Below, piece by piece: positions 12,715 to 26,095 of a DNA stretch of 64,000 bases (position 1 is its first letter; each line of letters begins with the position of its first letter). Made by a program: the position numbers and the translations under genes. The notes under the pieces were generated by a model. That model was not told the origin of the DNA. It saw nothing but the letters and a program-made list of their open reading frames with translations, and ran no database searches. This stretch comes from Mobula birostris. Its lineage: Eukaryota. The stretch is from contig NC_092393.1 of NCBI RefSeq assembly GCF_030028105.1, forward strand, positions 31,287,248 to 31,351,247, given 5' to 3'.

Positions 12715-13215
12715 CTTATGCTAGGTTCCCATTTGTTGACTATAGCTCAGCATTTAATGCCATCATTTCCACTGTCCTGATTGATAAGCTACAGAAACTA
12801 GGCCTTTGTACCCCCCTGTGCAATTGGATCTTAAGCTTCCGAACTGGAAGACCACAATCTGTGCGGATTGCTGACAATCAGCACTGGCGCACCTCAGGGT
12901 GCTTAGCCCACTGCTCTACTCTCTCTATACCCATGACTATGTGGCTAGGTATAGCTGAAGTACCATCTATAAACTTGCTGATGATACGACCAGTTTGGTA
13001 AAATCTCAGATGGAGATGAGACGGCGTACGGGAGCGAGATATACCAGCTACTTGAGTGGTGTCGCAACAGCAGCCTTGCACTCAACGCCAGTGATACCAA
13101 AGAGCTGATTGTGGACTTCAGGAAGTGTAAGATGAGGGAATATGAACACATTCTCATAGAGGGATCAGAAATGGAGAGAATCAGAAATTTCAAGTTCCTT
13201 AGTGTCAACATTTCA
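12715..13215 (+). mobile_element. Rex1/Babar-like LINE RT fragment
   Basis: Decayed [18 protein letters not shown](L)ADDT..YLSG and LNASDTKELIVDFRK motifs. Confidence 0.7.
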
Positions 13216-14244
13216 GTGGTTGCACAAAGCTTCAGTGTGTCTATCTGCACGCACCCCTGCAGCCTAGAATATGCCAGTCGGCAGCATTCTGACTACAAAC
13301 ATCTCTCTGTGCTGGAAGACCAACGTTATGGGCAGACTAAAGGGCATTTCTCACCAAGTTGATGATCTTCCAACAGGACTTGATGTCCGTTGGGGTGTGT
13401 GTGTGTGTTACCAGGAACATCCCATAGATCAGAGCGTCAGATCCTCTTGGCAAATGCATAGTCCACATTGAGCCATAATACAACTACATACCAATAAAGT
13501 CTTCCTCTATATTTGGATTATATCATCTATAGGAGTGAGTGTAGGGAATTTGCTTTGCACCGGGAGCAGGATTTACTGCTTTTCCCTGCTCCTTGCCCAA
13601 GGCCAACCGTACTGATGATGTTCAGCCTGGCTAATCAACCTCACACTAGTCCATACTGTGGGCTTTAAAGTTACACCAACAAAATAACAAAGCCAGATTT
13701 TGTGTTTTTTTATTATCCCAATTGTAACAGGAGTTAAAATAAATCACACAATAAATAACAGCAATCTTTCACACTGCCACAGAAGTAGATGTCAGAAAAG
13801 ATGCAGTTTATTCAACTCTCACTACACCCTCTTTAGTGATAATTAGAAATACAATATTTTAGTCATCCTATTGATTATCCAAGACATAAAAATTAACTAT
13901 TATAAATCCTGCTTCTTAATTCAAATTCCAATGTAATGTCATGGTAGCTTGACACTGATTTAGATTTTACTCACGGCTTTTTCACTTCTCGTATCAAACC
14001 TTTCAGGAGCCTGCCCTGCTGTCTGAAACGAATGCATGAAAAGTACCATCATAATTCTATTTTAAATTTGTGTAAAATCATGAGTTTATTGTCAAATCTC
14101 CAAGGAGCATCAATGATGAATATTTCTAATGAAACAAAACCAATTGTATAACAACAAGCATAGGAGCAGTTGAAGGTTTATAACAATTTTGAAGCTGAAA
14201 TTGACTTTTGGTATCACACAGAGGTCACCATTCAAATGTATCTC

Positions 14245-14770
14245 ACTATCTACAAATGTACCTTTCACTTCCCATTCTGATATGTCCATCCCTAGCTTCC
14301 TCCACTGTCGTAATGAGGCCACACTTAGGTTGGAGGAACAACACCTTATATTCTGTTTGGATAGCCTCCAACCTGATGGCATGAACATCGATTTCTCAAA
14401 CGTCCGTTAGTGCCTCCACCCCACTTACCTTCACCATTTCCCATCACCTTGTCCCTCTCTCATGTTACCTCCTTGCCCGCCCATCGCCTCCTCAGGTACT
14501 CCTCCCCCACCCTCTCTTCCTTCTTCCATGGCCTTCTGTCTCTTTCATCAATCAACTTCCTAGCTCTTTGCTTCACCCTTCCCCCTCCAAGTTTCACCTA
14601 TCGTCTGTCATTTCTCCCTCCCCTCCCCCCACCTTTCAAATGTACTCCTCAGCTTTTTTTTAATCCAGTCCTGCCAAAGGGTTTTGGCCTGAAAAGTCGA
14701 CTATACTCTTTTCCATAGATGCTGTCTGGCCTGCTGATTTCCTCCAGAATTTTGTGTGTGTTGCTCACTA
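14245..14770 (+). mobile_element. Penelope-like fragment: GIY-YIG C-terminus, 3'UTR and degenerate hammerhead (14666-14703)
   Basis: SHSDMSIPSFLHCRNEATLRLEEQHLIFCLDSLQPDGMNIDFS; ccagtc-CTGCCAA-agggttttggcct-GAAAAGTC-gact. Confidence 0.8.
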
Positions 14771-14921
14771 TCCATCTTTCTCTTTCATTCGTTTTATCTC
14801 TCTCCCTCAATCTAACAAAATAGGCAATATTTCACTGTAGCAGGAGATCAAACCAAAACCTTGAAATATACTTAAATTGAATTCACATGAATCTTAATTT
14901 ATAAGGCAATGGGCAATATTT

Positions 14922-15122
14922 ACAAACAAATCTGCAAATGCCGGAAACCCAAGCAAAGCACACAAACTGCTGGAGGAGCTCAGCAGGCCAGGCAGCATCT
15001 ATGGAAAATGTACAGTCGACATTTTAGGCCGAGTCCTGCTGAAGGGTCTCAGCCCGAAACATCGACTGTACTTTTTTCCATAGATGCTGCCTGGCCTGTT
15101 GAGTTCCTCCAGCATTTAAAAG
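14922..15122. mobile_element. ~200-bp fold-back Penelope-derived element with hammerhead, 11-bp TSD
   Basis: Inverted arms ~14968-15030 / ~15052-15114. TSD gggcaatattt at 14911-14921 and 15123-15133. Hammerhead on + at 15032-15067. Confidence 0.8.
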
Positions 15123-15592
15123 GGGCAATATTTTATGTCTTTAGAAAACTACCTTGGTATATATCTGAATTTTGAAACAAAGTCTCAACTATCTTTCTGA
15201 AGTGTGTTGAATCAGAGAAACTTACACAGTGATAGAATAAAAATATATTCAGGAAATAACATCAAATATGATATTTCAATGTGACGCTGAAACCAACCAC
15301 TAAATGTCACGTCAATTATAGTGTTACAATGTAGCACATTTATAATCCATACTTCTTTTTAACTAATATACACCATCTTCAATACCTCAACAAAAAATTT
15401 CTATATACTTTTGTTAGTGTTTATATATGCCTCACCTTTAAAAATAATATTTGTCCTTTGTTATTTTAAACTGTAATTTTTAAAAATCTGTTTGAATTTT
15501 TAATATTTTTGAAATTAAGTTATTTACTGTTTGCCCCACTTTTAAAGTGTTTTCTCAATGTCTATTTTTACACAACATTCTCAAGATAAGCT

Positions 15593-15870
15593 CTCAGTGG
15601 CCACTTTACTAGTTAAAGGAGAGGAATTCATCATGGTCTTATGCTGCATTTGCTGAGATACTCAAACCAGCTTGTCTGGTATCAACAATCATTCCATAAT
15701 CAAAAATCACATTTCTTCCCCATTCCGATGTTTGGTCTGAAAAACATCTGAACCTCTTGACCATGTCTATGTTTTTTTATCTATTGAGTTGCTGCCTCAT
15801 GATTGGCTGATTCGATACTTGCTGTAACAAACAGGTGTACAGGTTTACCTAATAAAGTGGCCATCAAGTG
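15593..15870. mobile_element. Tc1-like internally deleted DNA transposon / MITE
   Basis: Imperfect TIRs ctcagtggccacttta.. / ..taataaagtggccatcaagtg followed by TA. Confidence 0.55.
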
Positions 15871-16049
15871 TATACCAGAAACAATTCTTTTCTGAATTTG
15901 TGACTGCATGGGGGGTAGTTCCAGAAAGATGGGACCTAACTTGTCTCATTTGTGTTTAATTCCCCACACCTTCTACAGAAAAATTGTCTTTCATTCATCC
16001 TGTGCCTCTCTTAGATGCTCATTTGTAAACCAGAATTCACCTCATGAAT

Positions 16050-17310
16050 AGCAGCAGCACTTTCTCAATCTATGTCTCTATCTCTGAAGGCAATCTGTCG
16101 ACAGACATCTTTTGTAAACTTACCAATTCCCAAGGTTATCTATACTAAAGCTCTTCCCTCCCTGTCTCCTGTAAAAATGTTATTCCCTTTCTCAATTCCT
16201 TCTCAGGTTCCATCTATTCCCAGGATGCAGTTTGCCATTCCAGGACACCAGAGATGTCCTCCTCCTTCAAAGAACTGGGTTTCCTTTTCTCCACCATTGA
16301 TGCTGCCCTCAACCTCACCTCCTCCATTTCCTGAAAATTTGTGCTCACACCATCTTCCCATCGCCTTAAAAGTGATACAGTCCCTCTTGTCCTTCCCTAC
16401 CACCCCATGAGCCTCCGCATCCAACACATCATCCTCCACAACTTCCACCATCTCCAAAGGCATCCTACCAACAAACATATCTTGACCCCACCTCCACCTT
16501 GCACCAGGATTATACCCTCTATGATCCCTTCATCCATTCATCCCACCCCACTACTCTCCCTCCTACAACTTACTCCTACAAGCAGCCTAAGTGCTACACT
16601 GCCCATTCATCTCCTCCCTCACCTCCATTCAAGGCCCCAAACAATCCTTCCAGGTGAGGCAACACTCATTTCTTAAGGCTGTTTATTGTGTTCATTGTTC
16701 CCAATGTGGCCTCCTTTGGTGAAACCATTGTAAATTAGGGGACCGCTTCATCAAACATCTCTGTTCCACTCACAAGTGGAACTTTCCAGTGGCCAAACAT
16801 TTTAATTCTGATTCCCATTCCCTTTCTGACATGTTTATCTATGGCCTCCTCTTCTGCCAAGATGAGGCCATCCTCAGGGTGGAGGAACAACACCTTATAT
16901 TCTGTCTGAGTAGCTTCCAACATGATGGTATTAATATCGATTTCTCCTTCCAGTAAAAAAAATCCTCCCCCTCCCTTCTTTTATTTCCCACTCTAGCCTC
17001 TTACCTCTTCCCACCTGCTGATTACCTCCTACTAGAATCCCTCTTCCTTCCTTTTCTCCTATGGTCCACTCTCCTCTCCTATCAGATCCTTCCTCTCCAG
17101 CCCTTTATCTTTCCTACCCACCTAGCTCCCCCTAATACTTTCTAGCTATCCTCTTTCACCTCTACTCACCTTCTTATTCTGGTGTCTTCCCCCTTCCTCT
17201 CCAGTCCAGAAGGAGGATGTTGGCCCTAAATAATGACTCTTTATTCATTTCCATAAATGCTGCCTGACCTGCTGAGTTCCTTTGGATTTCCAGCATCTGC
17301 AAACTTTCTT
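16050..17310 (+). mobile_element. Decayed Penelope-like element (RT end, GIY-YIG, 3'UTR)
   Basis: PLVLPYHPMSLRIQHIILHNFHHLQ.., followed by LEEQHLIF-like sequence and the family tail. Confidence 0.75.
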
Positions 17311-18819
17311 CTGTTTATGTTCTTATGATGGTCCTTTTGAGTATAGAAATTTTAATACTAATACTGAAGTGTAGATTACAGGTGTTTAACTAAGGACTCC
17401 ACATTGCTTTTACTATCATGAATCGTGCGGTGACCCTTAACATTACAGTCATGCTGGGGGATTTTTCAAAAAGCCCATCTTTCGTAACCTAAATGTTATG
17501 GTTCTTTCTCTTGCATGCTTACATCATGGCTTTTCATATCTGTCATTATTACCAGAAAAAAAGATAGACAACCAGCCATCAATAGTCTGTACAAGGTTGG
17601 GGTTTTTGACTGAGTAACGAATAATAAAAGATATTTGAAGAAGCTGTCCAAATGAAGTTGTGTTTATTCTCTGCTAAACTGTTGATAAACTTCAGTACTT
17701 GTGATACCATCATTTGTGAAAATACTCTAATTCCATTCTGCATACTTCTCAAATTTATTACGTTACTTTATCGCCAGCCATTAGTAGTTAACATAATCCC
17801 CTTTTCCAATCAGCCTAATTTATTTTGGCTTTTATCTTCATTTGTAAAAGAGGTAACATAGATTATCATTTATGTTCTTCATGAAGATTGAACCATTCTG
17901 TTGCTTATATACTATCTTTAAATACTTTTATTTTCTTCTTGTTAATTTTTTTCTGCACTAAAACATGATCACCAGACATTTAATTCAACGGGATAAATTA
18001 TATGCCACATGTGGCATAAGAACTGTATGATTCAATGTTTTCTTTAGTTTTCTGTCACTGCTGCGGCTGAACTGTGGACTTGAAAATGTTGTGGTTTGCA
18101 GATTTTATACAGTACCTGAGCCACACTCACATTTCTGCTCCAACTGCATAGCAAGCAGTTATATTATTTCTGCACAATTGTTGTTCAGGTGAACCACATT
18201 GGTCAACAATTCAAAGGGTTATATCCAAGAAGTATACTTGAAGAGCAAAATTAAATAGACCATGATAGAAGCATTTTTTCCAGTAAAAAAGCCAATTTTT
18301 TTTACATAAGATTTCTCCACTTGATTTGGACAAAGGCCTTGCTTTTGAGAGGCTAGACTTAGTTTAAGATATTTTTGGAGCAGATACATACGTAGTCAAG
18401 GGTCCTCAATGGATTTGGGATGACCGATCTAGACCCAGGCGGAAAACTTTGTATCTCACCAAGCAGGGCATCCTGATTATTATAGAGACAGAAACCTTAG
18501 CAATAGGGCAGCTAATTACAATACACCACTGAATAGGATAGGGAACACACAACAAAAGAGCATAGGTACAGGCCCCTCAACCCAAAATGTCTATGCTGAC
18601 TTGCTGCTACTTAAAAATGCACCTTTGTCTGCATGTGCAGCATATCTCTCAATTCCCTTCCTATTCATGTGCCTGTCTAAAGTAATTTTTAGATGTTGCT
18701 GCAGATCTACTTCCAACATTTCCCCTGGAAGCATGTTCCAGGGATTTGCCACTTTTGCATAAAAAAATTGTCATATAAATCTCTTTTAAAATGTCTCCTT
18801 CTCACCTTAGTGTAAGAGA

Positions 18820-20580
18820 GAGGCTAGGGAGGATAATGGACCATTAGAAAATGATGCTAAGAGGTAGTAAGTGGGGGGGGGGTGGTGAAACATTGAAATA
18901 GCAGATGAATTGAATAAGTATTTTGCATCAGTCTTTACTGTGGCAGACACACATAATATGGTGGAAGTTCCAAGATGTTAGAGGGCATGAAGTGTGTGAA
19001 GTTCCCATTAGTAGACAGAAGGTTTTTGGGAAACTGAAAGGTCTGAAGGTAGATAAGTCACCTAGACCAGATGGTGTACACCCCAGAGTTTTGAAAGATG
19101 TGGCTGAAGAGATTGTGGAGGCATTAGTAATGGTCTTTCAAGAATCATTAGATTCTGGAATGGTTCCAGAAGACTGGAAAATTGAAAATGTCACTCCTCT
19201 CTTCAAGAAGGAAGGGAGGTAGAAGAAAGGAAACAATGGGCCAGTTAGTCTTGACCTCAGTATTTGGGAAGACATTGAAGTTGATCATTAAGGATAAAGT
19301 CTCAGGGTACTGTGAGGCACAAGATAAAATAGGCCATAGTCAACATGCTTTCCTCATTGGAAAATCTTCCCTGACTAATCTGTCGAAATTCTTTGAAGTA
19401 GTAACAAACAGGATAGACAAAAGAGAATCAGTTAATGTGATTTTCAGAAGGCCTTTGACAAGGTGTCTCACATGAGGCTGCTGCACAGGCTGTGAGTCTG
19501 TGGTATTATAGGAAAGATTCTGGCATGGATTAAGCAGGGCTGATTGGCGGGAAGTAAAGAGTGGGAATAAAGGGAGCCTTTTCTAGTTGGCTACCAGTAG
19601 CTAGTGATGTTCCACAGGGTATGTGTTGGGTCTGTTTCTTTTTATGTTATGTGTCAATGATTTGGATGATATGATTCCTGGCTTTCCTGCAAAGTTTGCA
19701 GATGATATAACAGCTGGAGGGGCAGGTAGTTTTGAAGAAGTAGAGGCGCTACAGAAGGATTTAAGCAGATTAGGAGAATGGGCAAATAAATGGCAGGTGG
19801 AATACAGTGTCTGGAAGTGTTTGGTCATGCACTTTGGTAGGAGGAGTAAATGGAGAGAAATCTCAAAAATCATAGGCACAAAGGGACTTGGAAGTCACAG
19901 TGCAGGATGTCCTACAGGTTAACTTGCAAGTTGAATCTGTGGTGAGGAAGGCAAATGCAATGCTAGCATTCTTTTCAAGAGGGCTGGAATATAAAAGCAA
20001 GGATGTAATGTTGAGACTGGTAAGGCCTCACAGAGTATTGTGAGCAGGTTCAGTCCCCTTATCTTAGAAAGGATGTGCTGAAACTGGAGATGATTCCGAG
20101 GGTTCAAAGGAGGTTCTGGAAAATGATTCCAGGAATGAATGGCTTGTCATATGAAGTGCATCTGATGGCTCTAGCCCTGTATTCACTAGAACTCAGAAGA
20201 ATGAGGGTGACCTCATTGAAACCTATTGAATGGTGAAAGGCCTTGATAGAGTGGATTTGGAGAGGATGTTTCCTATGGTGGGAGGGTCTAAGACCAGAGG
20301 ACATGGCCTCTGACTAAAGGGACATCCTTTTCTCTACAGAGATAAGGAGGAATTTCTTTAGCCAGAGGGTGGTGAATCTGTGGAATTCTTGCATGTAAGC
20401 AGCTGTGGAGGCCAACTTTTTATGTATCTTTAAGGCAAACATTGATAGATTCTTGATTGGTCAGGACGTGAAGGGATGTAGGGTGAAGGCAGGAGATTGA
20501 GGCTGAGGAAAATTTCACGATGAAATGGCAGAACAGTCACAACGGGCCAAATGGCATAATTCCTCTCTTATATTTTATGG
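18820..20580 (+). mobile_element. Decayed CR1 LINE (RT region)
   Basis: KSPRPDGVHPRVLK..DWKIENVTPLFKK; KFADD; multiple stops and frameshifts. Confidence 0.85.
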
Positions 20581-20589
20581 TCTTAATGC

Positions 20590-21016
20590 GATTCCTTCTA
20601 ATATTTGATAATTCCACCTGATTAAAAAAATGACTCTGGATACTTCAGTTGGATCACTCCTCAGCTTCTTATACTCAAGAAAAAACAATCCAAGTTTGTG
20701 CAACCTCTCGCCTAAGGCTAATACTGTCAAATCCAGGCAATATCCTGATGAACCTCTTCTGCAAAGCTTCCGCATCCTTTATGTAATACAGTGCCCAGAC
20801 CTGCACACAATACTTCTAAATTTGGCCTAACTATGGATATACATAGCTGTAATGTGATTTCCTAACTGTTGTATTCAATACCTCACCAATAAAGGTAAGT
20901 ATTTTGTGTGCATTCTTTACCACCCTATGTACTGGTGTTTCCCCTGATGTGAACTATGGACACACACGCCCAGGTCCTTCTGTACATTAGTGCTCCTAAG
21001 GGTCCTACCATTTACA
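20590..21016 (-). mobile_element. Old CR1 3' fragment
   Basis: Minus strand resembles YxxNGRxL..QKDLGV and RPNLE.CVQ.W segments. Confidence 0.6.
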
Positions 21017-22073
21017 GTAAACTTTCATCTAAAAATTTGATTTTTGGACAAAATTTTATTACATGGATTAAATTGCTATATTCATGCCCCATTGCTTCTG
21101 TTTTGACCAATTCTCAGCAATCCCAACCGTTTAACTTTAAACGTGGCACCTGACAAGGGTGCCCTTTAAGTCCCTCACTTTTTGATCTGTCCATAGAGCC
21201 ATTGGCGATTGCGTTTCGTAGCTGTGCTGAATTGACGGGGATTCGGGAAGGGGGGTGCAGTTGGTGTTGAGCATAAAGTTTCTCTTTATCCTGATGATCT
21301 TTTACTTTTTATGTCAAATCTGACTTCCTCTTTACCCCCAATGTTTTCACTTCTTAATAAGTTTAGCCAGATTTCCGGATACAGACTTAATTTACATAAG
21401 AGCAAACTTTTCCCAATTAACAGAGAAGCACAAATATTAAAATTTCATAACCTCCCTTTTAAAATAGTAAATAATCAATTTACTTACCTCGGTATTACAG
21501 TAACAAGGAGTTTTAAGTGTCTTTTTTTGAGAAAATTTCACTAATCTTTTAAATTATACAAAACAGAGTTTGGCACAGCGGTCACCCCGTCCGTGTCTCT
21601 GGTAGGTCGAATTAATGTCGTTAAAATGTATATCCTTCCTAAACTTTTATACTTATTTCAATCTATACCAAATTTTATTCCTAAAGCTTTTTTTGATTCA
21701 TTAGATTCTATTATTTTGTCCTATCTGTGGAAGGGCAAATGCTCCAGACTTAATAAAGTTCACCTTCAAAAACCTAAAGGGGAAGGTGACATGGCCTTGC
21801 CTAATTTTCGCTTATATTACTGGGCAGCCAATATACGTTGTCTTACTTTTTGGTCTTTCTTTTATAATCAGTCTGACTGCCCAAAATGGGTGGCAATGGA
21901 GTTGAACTCTATAAGGATTTCTCCATTTCCATATTTCTTGGATCTGCACTTCCTTGTCATTTGCCTAAATGAATTATTAATCCTCTCATTAGACATATCC
22001 TGAGAATATGGGCTCAGTTCAGAAAATATTATGGTCTTCACGGTTTCTCTCTCCCTAGTCCTACCATTTACAT

Positions 22074-22823
22074 GGTAAATGGTAGGGCATTGAAGTTTGC
22101 AGTAGAACAGAGGGATCTGGGAATAATGGTGCATAGTTCCCTGAAGCTGGAATCTCATGTGGATAGGGTGGTGAAGAAAGCTTTTGGTATGCTGGCCTTT
22201 GTAAGTCAGAGCATTGAGTATAGGAGTTGGGATGTAATGTTGAAATTGTATAAGGCATTGGTAAGGCCAAGTTTGGAGTATTGCGTACAGTTCTGGTCAC
22301 CGAATTATAGGAAAGATGTCAACAAAATTGAGAGAATACAGAGGAGATTTACTAGAATGTTGCCTGGGTTTCATCTTCTAAATTACAGAGAAAGGTTGAA
22401 CAAGTTGGGTCTTTACTCTTTGGAGCGTAGAAGGTTGATGGGGAGACTTGATAGAGGTATTTAAAATTATGAGGGGGATAGATAGAGTTGACGTGGATAG
22501 GCTTTTTCCATTGAGAGTGGGGGAGATTCAAACAAGAGGACATGAATTGAGAGTTAAAGGACAAAAGATTAGGGGTAACATGAGGGGTATCTTCTTTATT
22601 CAGAGAGTGGTAGCTGTGTGGAACGAGCTTCCAACTGAAGTGGTTGAGGCAGGTTCGATGTTGTTATTTAAAGTTAAATTGGATAGATATATGGGCAGGA
22701 AAGGAATGGAAGGTTATGTGCTGAGTGCAGGTCGGTGGGACTAGGTGAGAGTAAGAGTTTGGCACGGACTAGAAGGGCCAAGATGGCCTGTTTCCTTGCT
22801 GTAATTGTGATATAGTTATATGG
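22074..22823 (+). mobile_element. CR1 3' fragment inserted into L1
   Basis: ORFs 22072-22464 and 22448-22744 ([13 protein letters not shown]..); putative TSD ttacat. Confidence 0.85.
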
Positions 22824-23142
22824 TTACATAACCATCTTTTCCAACCTTCTATGCAAGACTTAACATTTCATCTCTGGTACAGAAAGGGCATTAGGCGCTT
22901 TGAAGATCTTTTCATAGATAATCGCTTTGCAAATTTTGAACAACTGCAAAGTTTAACCTACCTAATACTCATTATTTTTTTTTTTTTTTTAGACATTTTC
23001 AAATTAGGCATTTTATTAACCCTTTAATACCAAACTTTCCTGAGATGACCGAAAAAAAGGTTGTGGACTTGTTTTTTTGTATAAGTCCATCAGATTAAGG
23101 TTTATTATCTACTATTCACGATAAGTTAGTGACCTTGAGGCA

Positions 23143-23345
23143 AACAACAGGAATTCCGAAATGCTGGAAATTCAAGCAACACACATCAAAGTTGCTGGTG
23201 AACGCAGCAGGCCAGGCAGCATCTCTAGGAAGAAGTACAGTCGACGTTTCAGGACTGACAAAGGGTCTTGGCCTGAAACATCGACTGTACTTCTTCCTAG
23301 AGATGCTGCCTGGCCTGCTGTATTCACCAGCAACTTTGTGTATTG
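23143..23345. mobile_element. 203-bp fold-back Penelope-derived element with hammerhead, 12-bp TSD
   Basis: 66-bp arms 23188-23253 / 23272-23337 with ~3 mismatches. TSD gaccttgaggca at 23131-23142 and 23346-23357. CTGACAA..GAAACATCGACTG on +. Confidence 0.85.
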
Positions 23346-24869
23346 GACCTTGAGGCATGCCCCCTTTGATAAAATTAGAACTGCCTGGGAGCATGATTTA
23401 AATATTTCTCTGTCCGACGAGGTTTGGGATTCAATTCTTAATTCAGTTAACTCAACCTCTTTAGGTGCTCGTCACTGGCTTTTGCAGTTCAAGGTCGTAC
23501 ATAGGGTTCATATGTCTAAAACTAAATTATCATGGTTCTATCCTGATATTAGTCCTTTTTCTGACAAGCGTAAAGGGGTCAAGGCTTCTCTTATCCATAT
23601 GTACTGGGCTTGTCCTAGTTTGGAGGAATTTTGGAGAGAAGTCTTTTTAACTTTATCCTATATTCTTAATTGTCACTTAGAACCTAACCCTTTGATTGTT
23701 CTTTTAGGCACCTCAGGTGAAGTTGACATGCATATGAGTCTGGCTAAATACTGAACATTATCTTTTTCCTCCCTTCTGGCTAGACGTTTAGTTCTTAGGT
23801 GGAGAGATGTTGCCCCACCCACTCATGCTCAATGGCTTACAGACATTATATCCTGCTTAGACCTGAAAAAATTCATTATTCACTTCTTAATTTGGACATA
23901 AAGTTCCATAAGGTGTGGGGAACTTTTCTTGAATACTTTCATAATTCCTCTTTAGATTAAAGGTTTATCCTCCTTTTTTTTGTATTTTATTCCCCTACTT
24001 TCAGCTTTTTTTCTGATACAAATTTACGTTTTTTTTCATGTGAAATATATTACAGTTTAGGTAGTAAGCAATATACTTTTTTATATGTACAGCTCTGGTG
24101 ACAAAAGCTCTGTTTAAGTTTTCTCTACATCAAAATGGTTGGCTTGGAATTGCGTAGTGGGAGGGTGGGGAGGATAGTAACTTTATATGATTTTATTTTG
24201 GGTGCTTTTTCTTTATTGTTATGAATTGAATATTGACATGTTTGTTTTGCGCTGTATGAATCTCTTCTTTGCTGGTGTTTTTTTTTCTTGTATTGTAGAA
24301 ACTCAAAAAAGTTAATTAAAAAAAACTCCTAGTGTTGACTGCCCAAAGTGCAACACCTCACAACTATAGATTGAACTGTCTGCCATTTCTCTGCCCACAT
24401 TTCCATGTGGTCTAAATCCTCCTTAATACTTTGACAACCTTCTTCACTATCCACAATTCTGACAACGTCTGCATCATCTACAGACTTACTAATCAGCCCA
24501 ACAATACATTCCTCCAGATCATTTATCTACTTATCTCAAACAACAAGTCCTGCACTGATCCACTGGCTACAGACATCATCTAGTTCTGTATTAGTAAAGA
24601 ACAAGTACAATCACCATTACAACTATTTCCAAACTGCATTCCAACTCCAGCATAACAGCATGAGGGAAACCAGCCTTCTGCCTATGGACTTTGACCATAC
24701 TTCTTGCTGCTTCAGTAAAGCTACGAACATAACTTTAATAAAACCATTAGAAGTACAGATATGGAATAACATATAAACATAAAAACCAGCATATATTTAC
24801 AAAATAAATAGTATTACAAATAGCTATTTAAATAGCAAACTTCGAAAACAAGGAGAATTATATCAGAAT

Positions 24870-25600
24870 AAGGCTGTGTGCTGAGCCTATTGTTCTACAC
24901 TCTACTCACACTTGACTACACAGTCAAACACCTGAGTAACCACATTATCAAGTTTTCATTATCAAGTGACATGACAGTGGTGGGAATCATCACCAACAAC
25001 GATGAGATGGTGTACAAAGAGGAAGTAGAAGAACTTGAGGCCTGGTGCCAGGAAAATAACCTCTTCCTCAACCTCAGCAAGACAAAATAAATGGTTTTTG
25101 ACTTTAGGAGAACTCGCATCCCTCTTTACGTTGGTGGCATAGCAGTGGAAACTGCAAGCAGTTTCAAATTCCTGGGAGTGCACATCTCGCACAAGATCTC
25201 ATGGTCCCAGAACACATTCTATTTAATCAGGAAAAGCTCACCAGCACCTCTTTTTTCTGAAGTGGTTGAGGAGAGCTGGACTATGCACATCAATACTCAT
25301 GCCCTTCTACAACTGCACAGTAGAGAGCATCCAAACATACTGCATAACTGCTTGGTATGGAAATTGCACTGTGGCAGACAGGAACGCCCTACAATGGGTA
25401 GTCAAGACTGTGCATACATCACCAGCCTACCAACCATCAAGGACATATATACAGAAAGGTGTCAGAAAATGGCCAGTAACATCATAAGAGATCCCACCCA
25501 TCCTGCTCATGGATTGGCCCATTCAGAGAGGAGGCTACCTGCCATCCCCACCAGGACCACCAGACTCAAAAGCAATGACTTCTCTGAGCAGTAAAGCTGA
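24870..25600 (+). mobile_element. Rex1/Babar-like LINE fragment
   Basis: LSLLFYTLLTLDY..LNLSKTK..VFDFRR..FKFLGVHIS..YCITAWYGNCT. Confidence 0.75.
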
Positions 25601-25805
25601 TGATCACCTCCAACCACTGATCTACCTACCCACAGCCCTGATACCATTATTTTATCATTTCCTGTTAGAGCCTTCTGTCTATCACCACTTTATATAGATA
25701 CAATCAATGTGCAGAGGCTGTCTGGTAAATTTACATTTATTGCACTATTATTATATTCTTTATTAACCGCCTGGAGGGGAAGGGAAGAAACTTTTAAGAT
25801 GGCAT

Positions 25806-26095
25806 ACAAGAGAAGATCTGCAGAAGCTGCAAATCCAAGCAACATACGGAAAATGCTGGAGGAATGCAGTAAAGCCAGGTATCATCTATGGAAAAGGGTA
25901 TTGTTGACATTTCGGGCCAAGACCTTTCAGCAGGACTAGAGAAAAGCAAATGAGGAGTAAATTTAAATCTCCTTTTAAATCTACTCCTCATCTCTAGTCC
26001 TGCTGAATGGTCTCGGCCTGAAATGATGACAGTACTCTCTTCTGTAGATGCTGCCTGGTCTGCTGATTTCCTCCAGCATTTTGTGTGTGTGTGTT
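25806..26095. mobile_element. Fold-back Penelope-derived element with two oppositely oriented hammerhead motifs
   Basis: Inverted arms centred near 25970. Minus motif ctagtc-CTGCTGA-aaggtcttggccc-GAAATGTC; plus motif ctagtc-CTGCTGA-atggtctcggcct-GAAATGAT. Confidence 0.7.

Larger units (their letters stand above)
21020..24325 (+). mobile_element. 5'-truncated L1-clade LINE, interrupted by a CR1 and a fold-back element
   Basis: RGT*QGCPLSP, YPDDLL, GRINVVKMYILPKLLYLFQSIP, LPNFRLYYWAA, C-terminal HMYWACP (CCHC remnant), A-rich tail at 24305-24325. Confidence 0.85.
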
